64,000 nt of DNA, from NCBI GenBank assembly GCA_963849325.1, contig CAWKHF010000005.1, positions 192,001 to 256,000 of the forward strand, read 5' to 3'. The notes beneath the pieces are model-generated. The model was not told the DNA's origin. It did not search any database and worked only from the letters and a program-made list of their open reading frames with translations. This document shows positions 11,994 to 22,331 of this stretch, one piece after another (the first letter of the stretch is position 1; every line of letters starts with the position of its first letter). A program made the position numbers and the translations under genes. This DNA is from an uncultured Planctomycetota bacterium (GTDB lineage: Bacteria > Planctomycetota > Planctomycetia > Gemmatales > Gemmataceae).

Positions 11994-12565
11994 TTACTGG
12001 GCGACGCCCGTGGCGGGAATCGTCAGCTCGACACGGCTGACCTCACCGGGACGTACGGTCACCTGGGCCGTCGTCGTCTGCTTCTTGCCGTCGCGGACGA
12101 TCTGGGCCTTGAGGGTGTACTCGTATTCTGCCCGGCTCCAGGGCGGGCGACACGAACACGCGCTGCGCCGACGTTGAGGTAGTCGGCTCGTTATCGACGG
12201 TGAGCGTGGCGTCTTCGGGCAGGGAGACAACCAGGGTCGCCTCGTTCGCGGCGGCCTGAGCGACTGCGGCCCCCATGTTGGGGTTGATGGTGCAGACGCC
12301 GCCGAAGCAGGTGGCGCACGGGGCCGCTGCGTGGCCTCCGCCGCCCATGACGTAGCCGCCGCCACACGTCGCGCAGCCGCCCATCATCATGTAGCCGCCG
12401 CCGCAGCCACCGTAGCCGCAGCCGCCCATCATGTAGCCGCCGCCGCAGCCGCCGCCACCACAGCCGCCACCACCGCAGCCGCCCCGGCCTCGCGCCGCAG
12501 ACGCCCTGGCTGTCCGCCACCATCGCCACCGCGGCCACCGCCACGATCATCACGAACTTCTTCAT
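11994..12565 (-). CDS. TIGR03000-domain secreted protein with Gly/Cys/Met-rich N-terminus (frameshifted)
   Basis: MKKFVMIVAVAAVA signal; ATLVVSLPEDATLTVD..TTSTSAQRVFVSPALEPG..YEYTLKA..VTVRPG. Confidence 0.85.
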
Positions 12566-12845
12566 CTCCAAGATCCTTCCTCAAAAGGTGTGAAGAAAGT
12601 AACCACCCGCCACCCTGGAGGGTGGGGTTACTCTCGGCCCGCACATCTTAGCCAAGCTGTGCAAACTTCCGACGTAACCTAGTCAACCGAGATTAGACTG
12701 TCAACCCTGGTTGACTAATTCGAACTGGAAAATTTTTCAGGTTGCGAAAGAGGGGAAAGAGGGAGGAAATAGCGGAGGGTGGATAGCAGTGAGTCGGTCA
12801 GATAGGAAAGCTTAGGGAAATCGCGGAAATGGCAAGATAGGGAAT

Positions 12846-13373
12846 TTATTTCCGGAACTGCTGGCGCAGCTGGGTGAACTCGGCCAGGCGTTCGGGCCGG
12901 ACTTCGCCGCCGAAGGTGAGGAAGACTTTGAGGACCGCCGCCCCGCCGCGGTCGAAGAACTGGAAGGAGAGCGTGTTGACGCCGTCCATGTGGCCGGGCT
13001 TCTCGACGGCGAAGACGGCGGCGAGCTGGGCCGGACGGATGTGCAGATCCAGGGAGGGAGTCTGGACGTTGAAGAACTCGCCCCAGGTGCTGAAGCCGCC
13101 GAAGCGGCCGACGACCTCGCACGTCACGCCGCTGTTGGAGACGATGGCGTGGACGTCGCCGAGTTCCGGGAAGCTACGGAACAATTGTTCCCAGCGCGTG
13201 ATGTCCAGTTCGACGGCGCGGTTGTCGGGCAGGGCGCGGATGACCTCGACCTCCGGGACGCCGAGCTGCCGGGCCAGTACCAGCGTCATCTGGCTGGGAC
13301 CGCTCTTCAAGGCGGCGTCGATGCGCTGTCGCTGCTCCGGCGTGATGGGCGTGGCTGGTGTTTGCGGATTCAT
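12846..13373 (-). CDS. ChuX/HutX-family heme-utilization-like protein
   Basis: LARQLGVPEVEVIRALP, GDVHAIV, FFNV..LDLHIRP, AVFAVEKP, LSFQFFD..AVLKVFL. Confidence 0.75.
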   Translation of the reverse strand: MNPQTPATPITPEQRQRIDAALKSGPSQMTLVLARQLGVPEVEVIRALPDNRAVELDITRWEQLFRSFPELGDVHAIVSNSGVTCEVVGRFGGFSTWGEFFNVQTPSLDLHIRPAQLAAVFAVEKPGHMDGVNTLSFQFFDRGGAAVLKVFLTFGGEVRPERLAEFTQLRQQFRK

Positions 13374-13386
13374 CGTGGCCTCACGT

Positions 13387-13482
13387 ATCTCGGCGAACGG
13401 CCGGCGTCAGCCGGCTGGTGTAGCATCTCGATCACCTTCGTTATGTTATACCAGCCGGCTGACGCCGGCCGTTCGCCGAGAT
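13387..13482. repeat. Inverted repeat, REP-like family B (same hairpin at 23131-23197)
   Basis: atctcggcgaacggccggcgtcagccggctggt ... accagccggctgacgccggccgttcgccgagat. Confidence 0.85.
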
Positions 13483-13564
13483 TTTCTTCTTTGATCCCCA
13501 GCCGCGCCGGAGGTACGATGCGCGGAGTGGTCGTCAACTCGGTTTCCTTGCAAGGGGGGATGCC

Positions 13565-14841
13565 ATGTTCACGTTCTGGGGTTCCAGGCAGACGTTCTGC
13601 GACGGCCTGACGCGGCGGGGATTTCTCCGCGTCGGCGCCTTCGGGGCCGGACTGACGCTGGCCGAGATGCTGCGCCTCCGCGCCGGAGCGGGGACGTCCG
13701 CGCCGACCAAGTCCGCCATCATGATCTACCTGCCGGGCGGTCCGTCGCACATGGACATGTACGACCTCAAGCCGGAGGCGCCGGCGGAGTTCCGCGGCGA
13801 GTTCAAGCCGATCGCCACCAACGTGCCCGGCGTGCAGATCTGCGAGCACTTTCCGCTGCAGGCGAAGATGTGGGACAAGCTGGCCTGCGTCCGCTCGATC
13901 GTCTCGGTGGACGAGCACTCCGACACGCTGGTGATGACCGGCTACAGCGACCGCGAGAACCGCACGGCCGGCCATCCGTCGTTCGGCTCGGTGGTGTCGA
14001 AGACTGCGTGGCGGAACGCGACGTCGCTACCCCGCCGTTCGTCAGCCTGCGCGGCATGACGCGCGGCACCGAGCCGGGCTACCTCGGCATCGCGCATCGG
14101 CCGTTCACGCCCAACGGCCCCGGCCTGAACGACCTGCGCCTGGCCCGCGGCGTCAGCGCGGAACGACTGGGACGAGCGCAAGGACCTGCTGCAAGGCTTC
14201 GACGGCATTCGCCGCGACATCGACGCCTCCGGCACGCATGACCGGGCTGGACGCCTTCGCCGCCCGCGCCTTCGACATGGTTCCTCCGGCGCCGTCCGCA
14301 ACGCCCTCGATCTGAAGCAAGGAAGAGCCGAAGATCGCGCGACCGCTACAAGGGCGTCGAGCAGTTCCTGACGGCGCGCCGGCTGGTCGAGGCGGGCGTC
14401 GGCTGCGTCACGCTGTCGATCGGCGGCTGGGACACGCACGGCAACAACTTCAAGACGCTGGCCCGCCAACTGCCGCTGGTCGACCGCGGCATCGCCAACC
14501 TGATCCAGGATCTGCACGACCGCGGCATGGACAACGACGTGGTGACGGTGATGTGGGGCGAGTTCGGCCGCACGCCGCGCATCAACAAGGGGGCCGGCCG
14601 CGACCACTGGCCGCAGGTCATGTCGGCCCTGGTCGCCGGCGGCGGTCTGCGCATGGGCCAGGCCGTCGGCTCCAGCAGCGCGCGCGGCGAATATCCCAAG
14701 GACCGCCGCGTCACGGTGCCGCAGGTGCTCAGCACCCTCTACCGCGCCATCGGCATCGACCCGGGGCGGACCTTCCCCAACGGCAGCGGCCGGCCCATGT
14801 ACATCCTCGACGACCGCAGCCCGGTGACGGAATTGCTGTAA
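13565..14841 (+). CDS. DUF1501 family protein (frameshifted)
   Basis: CDGLTRRGFL, IYLPGGPSHMDMYDLKP, WGEFGRTPRINKGAGRDHW. Confidence 0.92.
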
Positions 14842-14918
14842 GGAACAGGGAACAGGGAATAGAGGCGAGGCTTCTTCTCTCTTTCTATTCCCTGTTCCCT
14901 ATTCCCTATTCCCTGTTC
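14842..14918. repeat. Heptamer tandem repeats (GGGAAYA / TRTTCCC) in inverted arrangement between convergent genes
   Basis: ggaacagggaacagggaatag ... ctattccctgttccctattccctattccctgttc. Confidence 0.75.
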
Positions 14919-14927
14919 GGAAGGTCG

Positions 14928-15125
14928 TCAATCGCCGCCGCCGGAGGGGCCGACGAAGCGAATGACGCAATCGCGTGCATGGAGGCGGTGCTCCTGCCGA
15001 ATTTTGCACGCCTCCTCGTAGCTGGAGCAGGCGATTACCGGCCATTCGCTGTCTTCGGGCGGATCTTGCCGGTCCCGCCGACTGCGGACGTACACCACAA
15101 AACGGTCGTCGTGCGCTTCTTCCAT
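14928..15125 (-). CDS. Small hypothetical protein (65 aa)
   Basis: Protein-like composition: RFVVYVR..EWPVIACSSYEEACKIRQE..CVIRFVGPSGGGD; gagagg SD-like upstream. Confidence 0.55.
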   Translation of the reverse strand: MEEAHDDRFVVYVRSRRDRQDPPEDSEWPVIACSSYEEACKIRQEHRLHARDCVIRFVGPSGGGD

Positions 15126-15364
15126 GGCGAGAACCCTCTCACAAGATAGGTCACCAGATACGTGGTTGAGTCCGGGTCCAGAGAGGAGATCGGCGTCGAT
15201 CCCGGATCGAGGTCTTAGATTACCAAAGATTCAGCAAATAGCAAGACCATTTTCTCGGATGCGCATTCTCCACATCTTGTTCGAGGGAAACGCATCGGAA
15301 TGCTGTCGTCGTTTCCGGTTGTGGTATAATCGCTGCCGCCCGACTCTTCCGCGAGGGACCGGCG

Positions 15365-16742
15365 ATGCTCCTGTTCGGCCGACTCCGCGCTCGCACCTGT
15401 CAGGGATCGGACGCGCCGCGCGCTTCTGCAGGTCGGCGCCAGTTCGGTACTCGGGCTGTCGCTGGCCGACCTTCTGCGTCTGCGGGCCGCCGGTTCGTCC
15501 ACGGACGGTTCGGCCCGCTCGGTCCTGTTGCTGTGGCTCTGGGGCGGCCCGGCCCACCTGGACACCTGGGACCCCAAGCCCGACGCTCCGCTCGAATATC
15601 GCGGCCCTTTCTCGGCCATCGCCACGTCGGTCCCCGGCGTCCGCGTCGGCGAGCTGTTCCCGCAAGATCGGCCCGGCGAGCGACTCGCTTCGCCCTCGTG
15701 CGCTCGCTGCACACCGGCTCCAACGACCACGGCGTCGCCGGCACCATCGGCCTGACCGGCAGCGCCGCCGGCGGCGTCGGCCTCGACGGCAAGCCGCTGC
15801 CCGGCTCGGCGCGGCCGGCGACCGGGCAGCGTGGTGGCGCGGGTGCGCGGCGCCGGCGTCGAAGCTGCCGCCGTTCCTCGTCGTCGGCGGCCGGCTGCAC
15901 CAGGGCAAGAAGGCCATCGTCGGCGAGGGCGGCGGCCCCCTCGGCGCCCTCGTACGACCCCTTCCGCCTCGAATACGACCCCGTCCACGGCACGCGCATC
16001 CCCGCCCTGCAACTGCCGCCCGACCTCACGCCGGAGCGCCTCGGCGACCGCCGCCGCCTGCTTGCAAGCCTTCGATCAGGCTGGCGCAGCGCGCCGAGGC
16101 TGCGCGGGCGGCGGAGCCCTGGACGACTACCGCCGTCAGGCGTTCGCCATGCTGACGTCGCCGGCCGCTCGGAAGATGTTCGACCTCGGCCGCGAACCGG
16201 CGTCGCTCAAGGACCGCTACGGCCGCACGCGCTTCGGCCAGTCGTGCCTGCTGGGCCGGCGGCTGATCGAGCACGGCGTGCCGTTCGTGCAGGTCAACTG
16301 GAGCGATCACGTCGAGGCGGAGGAGGACTCCGGCGACGGCGGCTGGGACCACCATTATCGGAATTTTCAGATCATGCAGGACCGTCATGCCCCCTGGCTC
16401 GACCAGGCGCTGTCGGCCCTGCTCGACGACCTGGCCGAGCGCGGCCTGCTGGAGCGAACGCTGGTGGTGGCGATGGGCGAGTTCGGCCGTTCGCCGAAGA
16501 TCAACGACAAGGCCGGCCGCGATCACTGGGAGCATTGCTACAGCGCCTTGTTGGCCGGCGGCGGCGTCCAGGGCGGCCGCGTCGTCGGCTCCAGCGACGC
16601 CCGCGGCGGACATCCGCACGACCGCGCCGTCACGCCCGCCGACATCGCCGCCACCGTGCAGCACGCCGTCGGCATCACCAGCGAGCAGGCCGCCACGCTC
16701 GGGCTGTCCGGGACGGGGAAGGTGATCGACGAGTTGTTCTGA
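15365..16742 (+). CDS. DUF1501 family protein (frameshifted)
   Basis: LWLWGGPAHLDTWDPKP, FGQSCLLGRRLIEHGVPFVQV, MGEFGRSPKIN..GRDHW. Confidence 0.92.
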
Positions 16743-16769
16743 CATCCCTTGTTCCTCGGAGGATGCGTC

Positions 16770-17240
16770 ATGTCCCGACTCTTGCACCTCGGTCTGTTCC
16801 TCGGTTTGTTCGCTCTCGGTGTGCGGCCGGTATTCTCGGCCCCGGCGCCGCCATCGAGAGTCCCCAAGGAACTCCTGGAAGTTCGGCTCAAGGCGGCCAG
16901 CGATACATATAAACAGAACTTCGAGCGATTGCGCGGCGGGCAAGGGCTGCCGACGGAGCTGTTTGGCTGGTCGCGTCGCTGGCTCGATGCCGAGTTGGCT
17001 CTGAGTAAGGACAAGGCTGCCCGGCTGGCCGCCCTGCAAGCTCACGTGAAACGAACAAGGGAAGTGGAACGACTCATGCACACCTTTGCGCGGACAGGCC
17101 AGGGCAGACAGGCGGACGCCAGCGCCGCGACCTACTACCGCGCCGAGGCCGAAATTATGCTGATCGAGGCTGGAGGAGAGTTACCCAAACCGGACAAAGC
17201 ACCTGTCCTGCCGAGGAGAGACGAGAAGAAATCGCCCTGA
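16770..17240 (+). CDS. Secreted alpha-helical hypothetical protein
   Basis: Signal peptide ending APAP; WSRRWLDAELAL..RLAALQAHVKR..YYRAEAEIML. Confidence 0.75.
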   Translation: MSRLLHLGLFLGLFALGVRPVFSAPAPPSRVPKELLEVRLKAASDTYKQNFERLRGGQGLPTELFGWSRRWLDAELALSKDKAARLAALQAHVKRTREVERLMHTFARTGQGRQADASAATYYRAEAEIMLIEAGGELPKPDKAPVLPRRDEKKSP

Positions 17241-17254
17241 GGAGGGAGCAAACC

Positions 17255-18001
17255 ATGCCCATGCACGACTGGACGCGCGTCGATGCGGGAATTTTCCACG
17301 CCTTCCATTTGGCCTGGCTCGGCATTCTCCAGAATGCCCTGAACTCCGGGCTGTTACCGCCAGGTTATTACGCCTTGGCGGAACAGATCGCCGGAGGGAT
17401 TGGGCCGGATGTCCTGACGCTGCAAACACCCAATCCGCCGGAAGGCGACAGCAGTGGAGACGTGCCAGGTGCCGTCGCCGTCGCCGTCGCTCCACCCAAG
17501 GTACGGCACACCCTTCGCCCGCCGATCGACGAGTACGTCTTTAAACAGCGGAGCCTTGTCCTTCGCCACGTCAGCAACCACCGGATGATTGCCCTCATCG
17601 AGATCCTCTCCTCGGGCAACAAGTCCAGCCGCCACGCCCTGCGCTCGTTCCTCGACAAGGCCGAGTCGGCCCTGGCGCACGGCATCCATCTTCTGCTGGC
17701 CGATCCGTACCCACCGGGGCCGCGCGATCCGCGCGGCATTCACGGGGCGTTGTGGGAACGCCTCTTCGGCGAGGCGGTCCCGACGCCGGAGAAGCCCTTG
17801 ACGCTGGTCGCTTACGCCGCCGGACGAGTGCCGACGGCCTACTTCGAGCCGCTGGCCGTCGGCGATGTCTTGCCGGACATGCCCCTGTTCCTCACCGCGG
17901 ACGAATACATCAACGTGCCGCTGGAGACGACCGATGGCGCCGCCTACGCAGGTGTCCCGCGCTACTACCGCACGATTCTCGAAACGCGGAACGCTCCATG
18001 A
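17255..18001 (+). CDS. DUF4058 family protein (Uma2-like nuclease fold)
   Basis: MPMHDWTRVDAGIFHAFH, LPPGYYALAEQ, IEILSSGNK, LAVGDVLPDMPLFL. Confidence 0.88.
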   Translation: MPMHDWTRVDAGIFHAFHLAWLGILQNALNSGLLPPGYYALAEQIAGGIGPDVLTLQTPNPPEGDSSGDVPGAVAVAVAPPKVRHTLRPPIDEYVFKQRSLVLRHVSNHRMIALIEILSSGNKSSRHALRSFLDKAESALAHGIHLLLADPYPPGPRDPRGIHGALWERLFGEAVPTPEKPLTLVAYAAGRVPTAYFEPLAVGDVLPDMPLFLTADEYINVPLETTDGAAYAGVPRYYRTILETRNAP

Positions 18002-18876
18002 ACCGCAACGTCCTCGCATTGGCCCTGCTGCTCGTGCTGTGCTCTTGGTGCCGCGGAGGAGAAGCGCCGGCCGTGGTCCGTCTCACCAAGGACGGCGATT
18101 TCAAACAACATCCGCAATGGGCGCCCGACGGCAAGAAACTGCTGCTGACGCGCATCCACGAGGGCAAGATGGGCCTGTGGCTGCTCAGCACGGACGGCTC
18201 CAGCCTCAAGCCGCTGCTGACGCCGCCGTCCGCCGCGCCGCACTTCGATGGCCACTGGGCGCCCGACAGCAAAAAGATCGCTTATGTCCACGACGTTCTG
18301 CAGGGCACCGACGGCAAACTGCAAATCAACACGGTCAACGCCGACGGTGGCGACGCGAAGGTGCTGATCCCGCACAAGGCGTTCGAGGAGTCGCCGCGCT
18401 GGTCGCCGGACGGCCGACGCCTCGCCTGGGTCAGCCTGCGCGACGGCAACCAGGAAATTTACACGGCCGACAACGACGGCAAGAACGTCCAGCGCCTGAC
18501 GCGCGCGACGGCGCCGGACAACAACCCAAGCTGGTCGCCCGACGGCAAGCGTCTTGCCTTCGCCAGTGCCCGCGCCGGCAATTTCGAGATTTACGTCATG
18601 AACGCCGACGGCACGGACGTTCGCCGTCTGACCAATCATCGCGCCCTCGATTCTTGGCCGACCTGGTCGCCCGACGGCCGGCGCCTCGCTTTCACGTCCA
18701 ACCGCGACGGCAATTACGAGATCTACGTCCTGAACGCCGACGGCGGCGGCCTGCGCAACCTGACTCGTCATCCGGGACAGGACAATTTCGCGGCGTGGTC
18801 GCCGGACGGCAAACGCCTCGCCTTCATCTCCAACCGCGATGGCGGACATGACGTGTACGTCATGGAAATGAAGTAA
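17998..18876 (+). CDS. TolB-like PD40-repeat beta-propeller, secreted
   Basis: Repeated PxWSPDGxRLAFxSxRDGNxEIYVMNADG. Confidence 0.9.
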   Translation: MNRNVLALALLLVLCSWCRGGEAPAVVRLTKDGDFKQHPQWAPDGKKLLLTRIHEGKMGLWLLSTDGSSLKPLLTPPSAAPHFDGHWAPDSKKIAYVHDVLQGTDGKLQINTVNADGGDAKVLIPHKAFEESPRWSPDGRRLAWVSLRDGNQEIYTADNDGKNVQRLTRATAPDNNPSWSPDGKRLAFASARAGNFEIYVMNADGTDVRRLTNHRALDSWPTWSPDGRRLAFTSNRDGNYEIYVLNADGGGLRNLTRHPGQDNFAAWSPDGKRLAFISNRDGGHDVYVMEMK

Positions 18877-19085
18877 GAGTGCCTTTCCTCTGGGCAGCGG
18901 CTGCTCAGTGCGTCATCTCCGCCAGAACGATGGTCCAGGCATCCCTTCCTCGACATTGGTCATCCTATCTCTTTTCTGAACAAGAACTTATTCACCGTGT
19001 CTCCCTCCTTGGGGCGCGGCGGTATCGGATTTGCTCAATGGGGGCTGGCCGGGTAAACGCAACCCAAGTTCGGGAGAGGCTGCTG

Positions 19086-22000
19086 GTGATCCGCAAACGA
19101 CGCAAGACCGTGGTGGTCATCGGCAACGGCATGGTGGGGCATCGCTTCTGCGAACGCCTCGTCGAGTTCGATGCCGCCCACGACTACCAGATCGTGACGT
19201 TTTGCGAGGAGCCGCGGCCGGCCTACGACCGCGTCAACCTCACCAAATACTTCGAGCATCGCCGGGCCGAAAAGCTCGCCCTGGCGACGCCGCAATGGTA
19301 CGACGGACAACGGCATCACGCCTGTTCGTCGGCGACCGGGCCACCGCGATCGACCGCGACAAGCGCGTGGTGCGCTCGGCCGGCGGCCGCGAGGTCCCCT
19401 ACGACTGCGTGGTGCTGGCGACCGGCTCGGCGCCGTTCGTGCCGCCGGTGCCGGGCATCGACAAGAAGGGCGTCTTCGTCTACCGCACCATCGAGGACCT
19501 GGAGCAGATCATCGCCTACGGCGGCGACCGTCAAGAAGGCGGCGGTCATCGGCGGCGGCCTGCTCGGCCTGGAGGCGGCCAAGGCGGCCTACGACCTCGG
19601 CCTGGAGACGCACGTCGTCGAGTTCGCCCCGCGCCTGATGCCGCGGCAGATCGACGACGCCGGCTCGCAAGGTGCTCGTCGGCAAGATCAACGCCCTGGG
19701 CGTCCAGGTCCACCTCAACAAGAACACCAAGGAAATCCTCGGCAACGGCAAGGTCGAGGGCATGGCCTTCGCCGACGGCGGCGAGCTGGACGTGAAGATG
19801 GTCGTCGTCTCGGCCGGCATCAAGCCGCGCGACGACCTGGCCCGCGCCTGCGGCCTGATGGTCGGCCAGCGCGGCGGCGTCGTCGTCGATGACCACCTGC
19901 GCACCTCCGACCCCGACATCTTCGCCATCGGCGAGGTCGCCCTGTACGGCGGCATGATCTACGGCCTGGTCGCGCCCGGCTACGAGATGGCCGAGATCGC
20001 CGCCGCCAACCTGACCGGCCAGGACGCGCGTCTTCAAGGGCGCCGACATGTCCACCAAGCTCAAGCTGATGGGCGTGGACGTGGCCAGCTTCGGCGACTG
20101 CTTCGCCGACGACAAGAAGGCCCGGCCGATCACCTATCGAAGACCCGTTCAAGGGATCGTACAAGAAGCTGCTGTTCAGCCTCGACGGCAGCCGGCTGCT
20201 GGGCGGCATCCTGGTCGGCGACGCCTCGGAATACGGGCAACTGTCGATGCTCGCCAAGAGCGACAAGCCGCTGGCGATGCCGCCGGGCGAGTTGCTGCTC
20301 GGCAAGAGCGACGGCAAGAGCGCCGGCGCGGCCCTGACCACCATCCCCAACGACACCCAGGTCTGCTCGTGCAACAACGTCAGCAAGGGCCAGATTTGCG
20401 ACGCCATCCGCGACAAGAACCTGACTTCGGTCGAGGAGATCAAGCTGTGCACGAAGGCCGGCACCGGCTGCGGCGGCTGTCTGCCGCTGGTCACCGACCT
20501 GTTCAAGGCCGCGATCAAGGCGTCCGGCAAGAAGGTCAACAACGCCCTGTGCGAGCACTTCGCCTGCACGCGGCAGGAGCTGTTCGAGATCGTCAAGATC
20601 AAGCGCATCCAGTCGTTCGACGAGCTGATCCGCGCCCACGGCCACGGCCAGGGCTGCGAGATCTGCAAGCCGGCCGTCGCCTCGATCCTGGCCAGCCTGT
20701 GGAACGAGAACGTCGTCGAACACACGACCATCCAGGACACCAACGACCGCTTCCTGGCCAACATCCAGCGCGGCGGCACGTACTCGGTGGTGCCGCGCGT
20801 GCCCGGCGGCGAGATCACGCCCGAGAAGCTCATCGTCCTCGGCCAGGTGGCCAAGAAGTACGGCCTGTACACGAAGATCACCGGCGGCCAGCGCATCGAC
20901 CTGTTCGGGGCGCGCGGTGCATCAGCTGCCGGACATCTGGGAGGAGCTGGTCGACGCCGGCTTCGAGAGCGGCCACGCCTACGGCAAGGCGCTGCGCACG
21001 GTCAAGAGCTGCGTCGGCACGACCTGGTGCCGCTACGGCGTGCAGGACTCGGTCGGCTTCGCCATCCGCGTCGAGAACCGCTACAAGGGCATCCGTGCGC
21101 CGCACAAGGTCAAGGCGGCCGTCTCCGGCTGCGTCCGCGAATGCGCCGAGGCCCAGAGCAAGGACTTCGGCATCATCGCCACCGAGAAGGGCTGGAACCT
21201 CTACGTCTGCGGCAACGGCGGCGCCAAGCCGCGCCACGCCGACCTGCTCGCCGCCGACCTCGACGCCGAGACGTGCATCCGGTACATCGACCGCTTCCTG
21301 ATGTACTACATCCAGACCGCCGACCGCCTGACGCGCACCTCGCGTCTGGCTGGAGAAGATGGAGGGCGGCATCGAGCTACCTGCGCGACGTCATCATCGA
21401 CGACTGCCTCGGCATCGGCGACGAGCTGGAGCGGCAGATGCAGTTCCTCGTCGGACACCTACAAGTGCGAGTGGGAGGAGGTCGTCAACGACCCGGAGAA
21501 GCGCCGCCTGTTCCAGCAGTTCGTCAACACCGACGAGACGGAGCCGACCATCGAGTTCGTCGACCGAGCGCGAGCAGCAGCGGCCGGCGGACTGGACCAC
21601 GTCGTTCGTCCCGGTCAATGAGTTGACGCTACGGACGGCGGTAAGCCAGGAGCGGACAGCCGGATCTGGGTCCAGGTCGGCAAGGTCTGGGACTTCCCGC
21701 ACGACGGCGGCGCGACGGTCAAGTACGGCAAGACGCAGATCGCCGTGTTCAACTTCGCCAGCCGCGGCGAGTGGTACGCCACGCCAGAACATGTGCCCGC
21801 ACCGGCGCGAGTTCGTCCTGTCGCGCGGCATGATCGGCGACCAGAACGGCAAGCCCAAGGTCGCCTGCCCGGTCCACAAGAAGACGTTTTCGCTGGAAAC
21901 CGGCGAGTGCCTCAGCGGCGAGGACTACTCGGTGCAGCGTCTTCCCGGTGAAGGTCGAGGGCGACGACGTGTATCTGCACCTGCCGCCGGCCGAAGAACT

Positions 22001-22136
22001 GGACGCCGTGCTGGCGACGGAGAAGACGTGCAACGGCTCGTGCCACTCTGTCGAGACCCAGCCGAAAAAAGTCTGGACCCATCGCAAGGCGAAGGTGCCC
22101 GAGCTGCTGCCGGCCGACCCCCACGCGGAAAATTAG
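19086..22136 (+). CDS. nirB: NAD(P)H nitrite reductase large subunit with C-terminal NirD Rieske domain (multiple frameshifts)
   Basis: VVIGNGMVGHRF, GGGLLGLEAA, CSCNNV..GCGGC, CEICKP, QDTNDRFLANIQ, KSCVGTTWCRYG, SGCVRECAEAQ; then NMCPH..VACPVHKKTFSLETG. Confidence 0.93.
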
Positions 22137-22234
22137 AGGCACTAACCCAATAGGCGAGCGGGGGGCGTAAGCCCCCTGTTGACGGCGAAAAACAGGGGGC
22201 TTACGCCCCCCGCTCGCCAAAAAGTTACAGCTTC
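22136..22234. mobile_element. 99-bp MITE-like element with imperfect 11-bp TIRs and TTA duplication, carrying REP-like hairpin family C
   Basis: TTA-GAGGCACTAAC...ggcgagcggggggcgtaagccccctgtt..aacagggggcttacgccccccgctcgcc...GTTACAGCTTC-TTA. Confidence 0.65.
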
Positions 22235-22236
22235 TT

Positions 22237-22316
22237 AACCACAGATCAACACAGATGAACACAGATAAACCTCTACAATAACGAGAGGAAGGGTTTATCT
22301 GTGTTCATCTGTGGTT
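22237..22316. repeat. (AACACAGATG)n inverted repeat, family D (also 43161-43292)
   Basis: aaccacagatcaacacagatgaacacagataaacc ... ggtttatctgtgttcatctgtggtt. Confidence 0.8.
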
Positions 22317-22331
22317 CATTTCGGGTCCATC

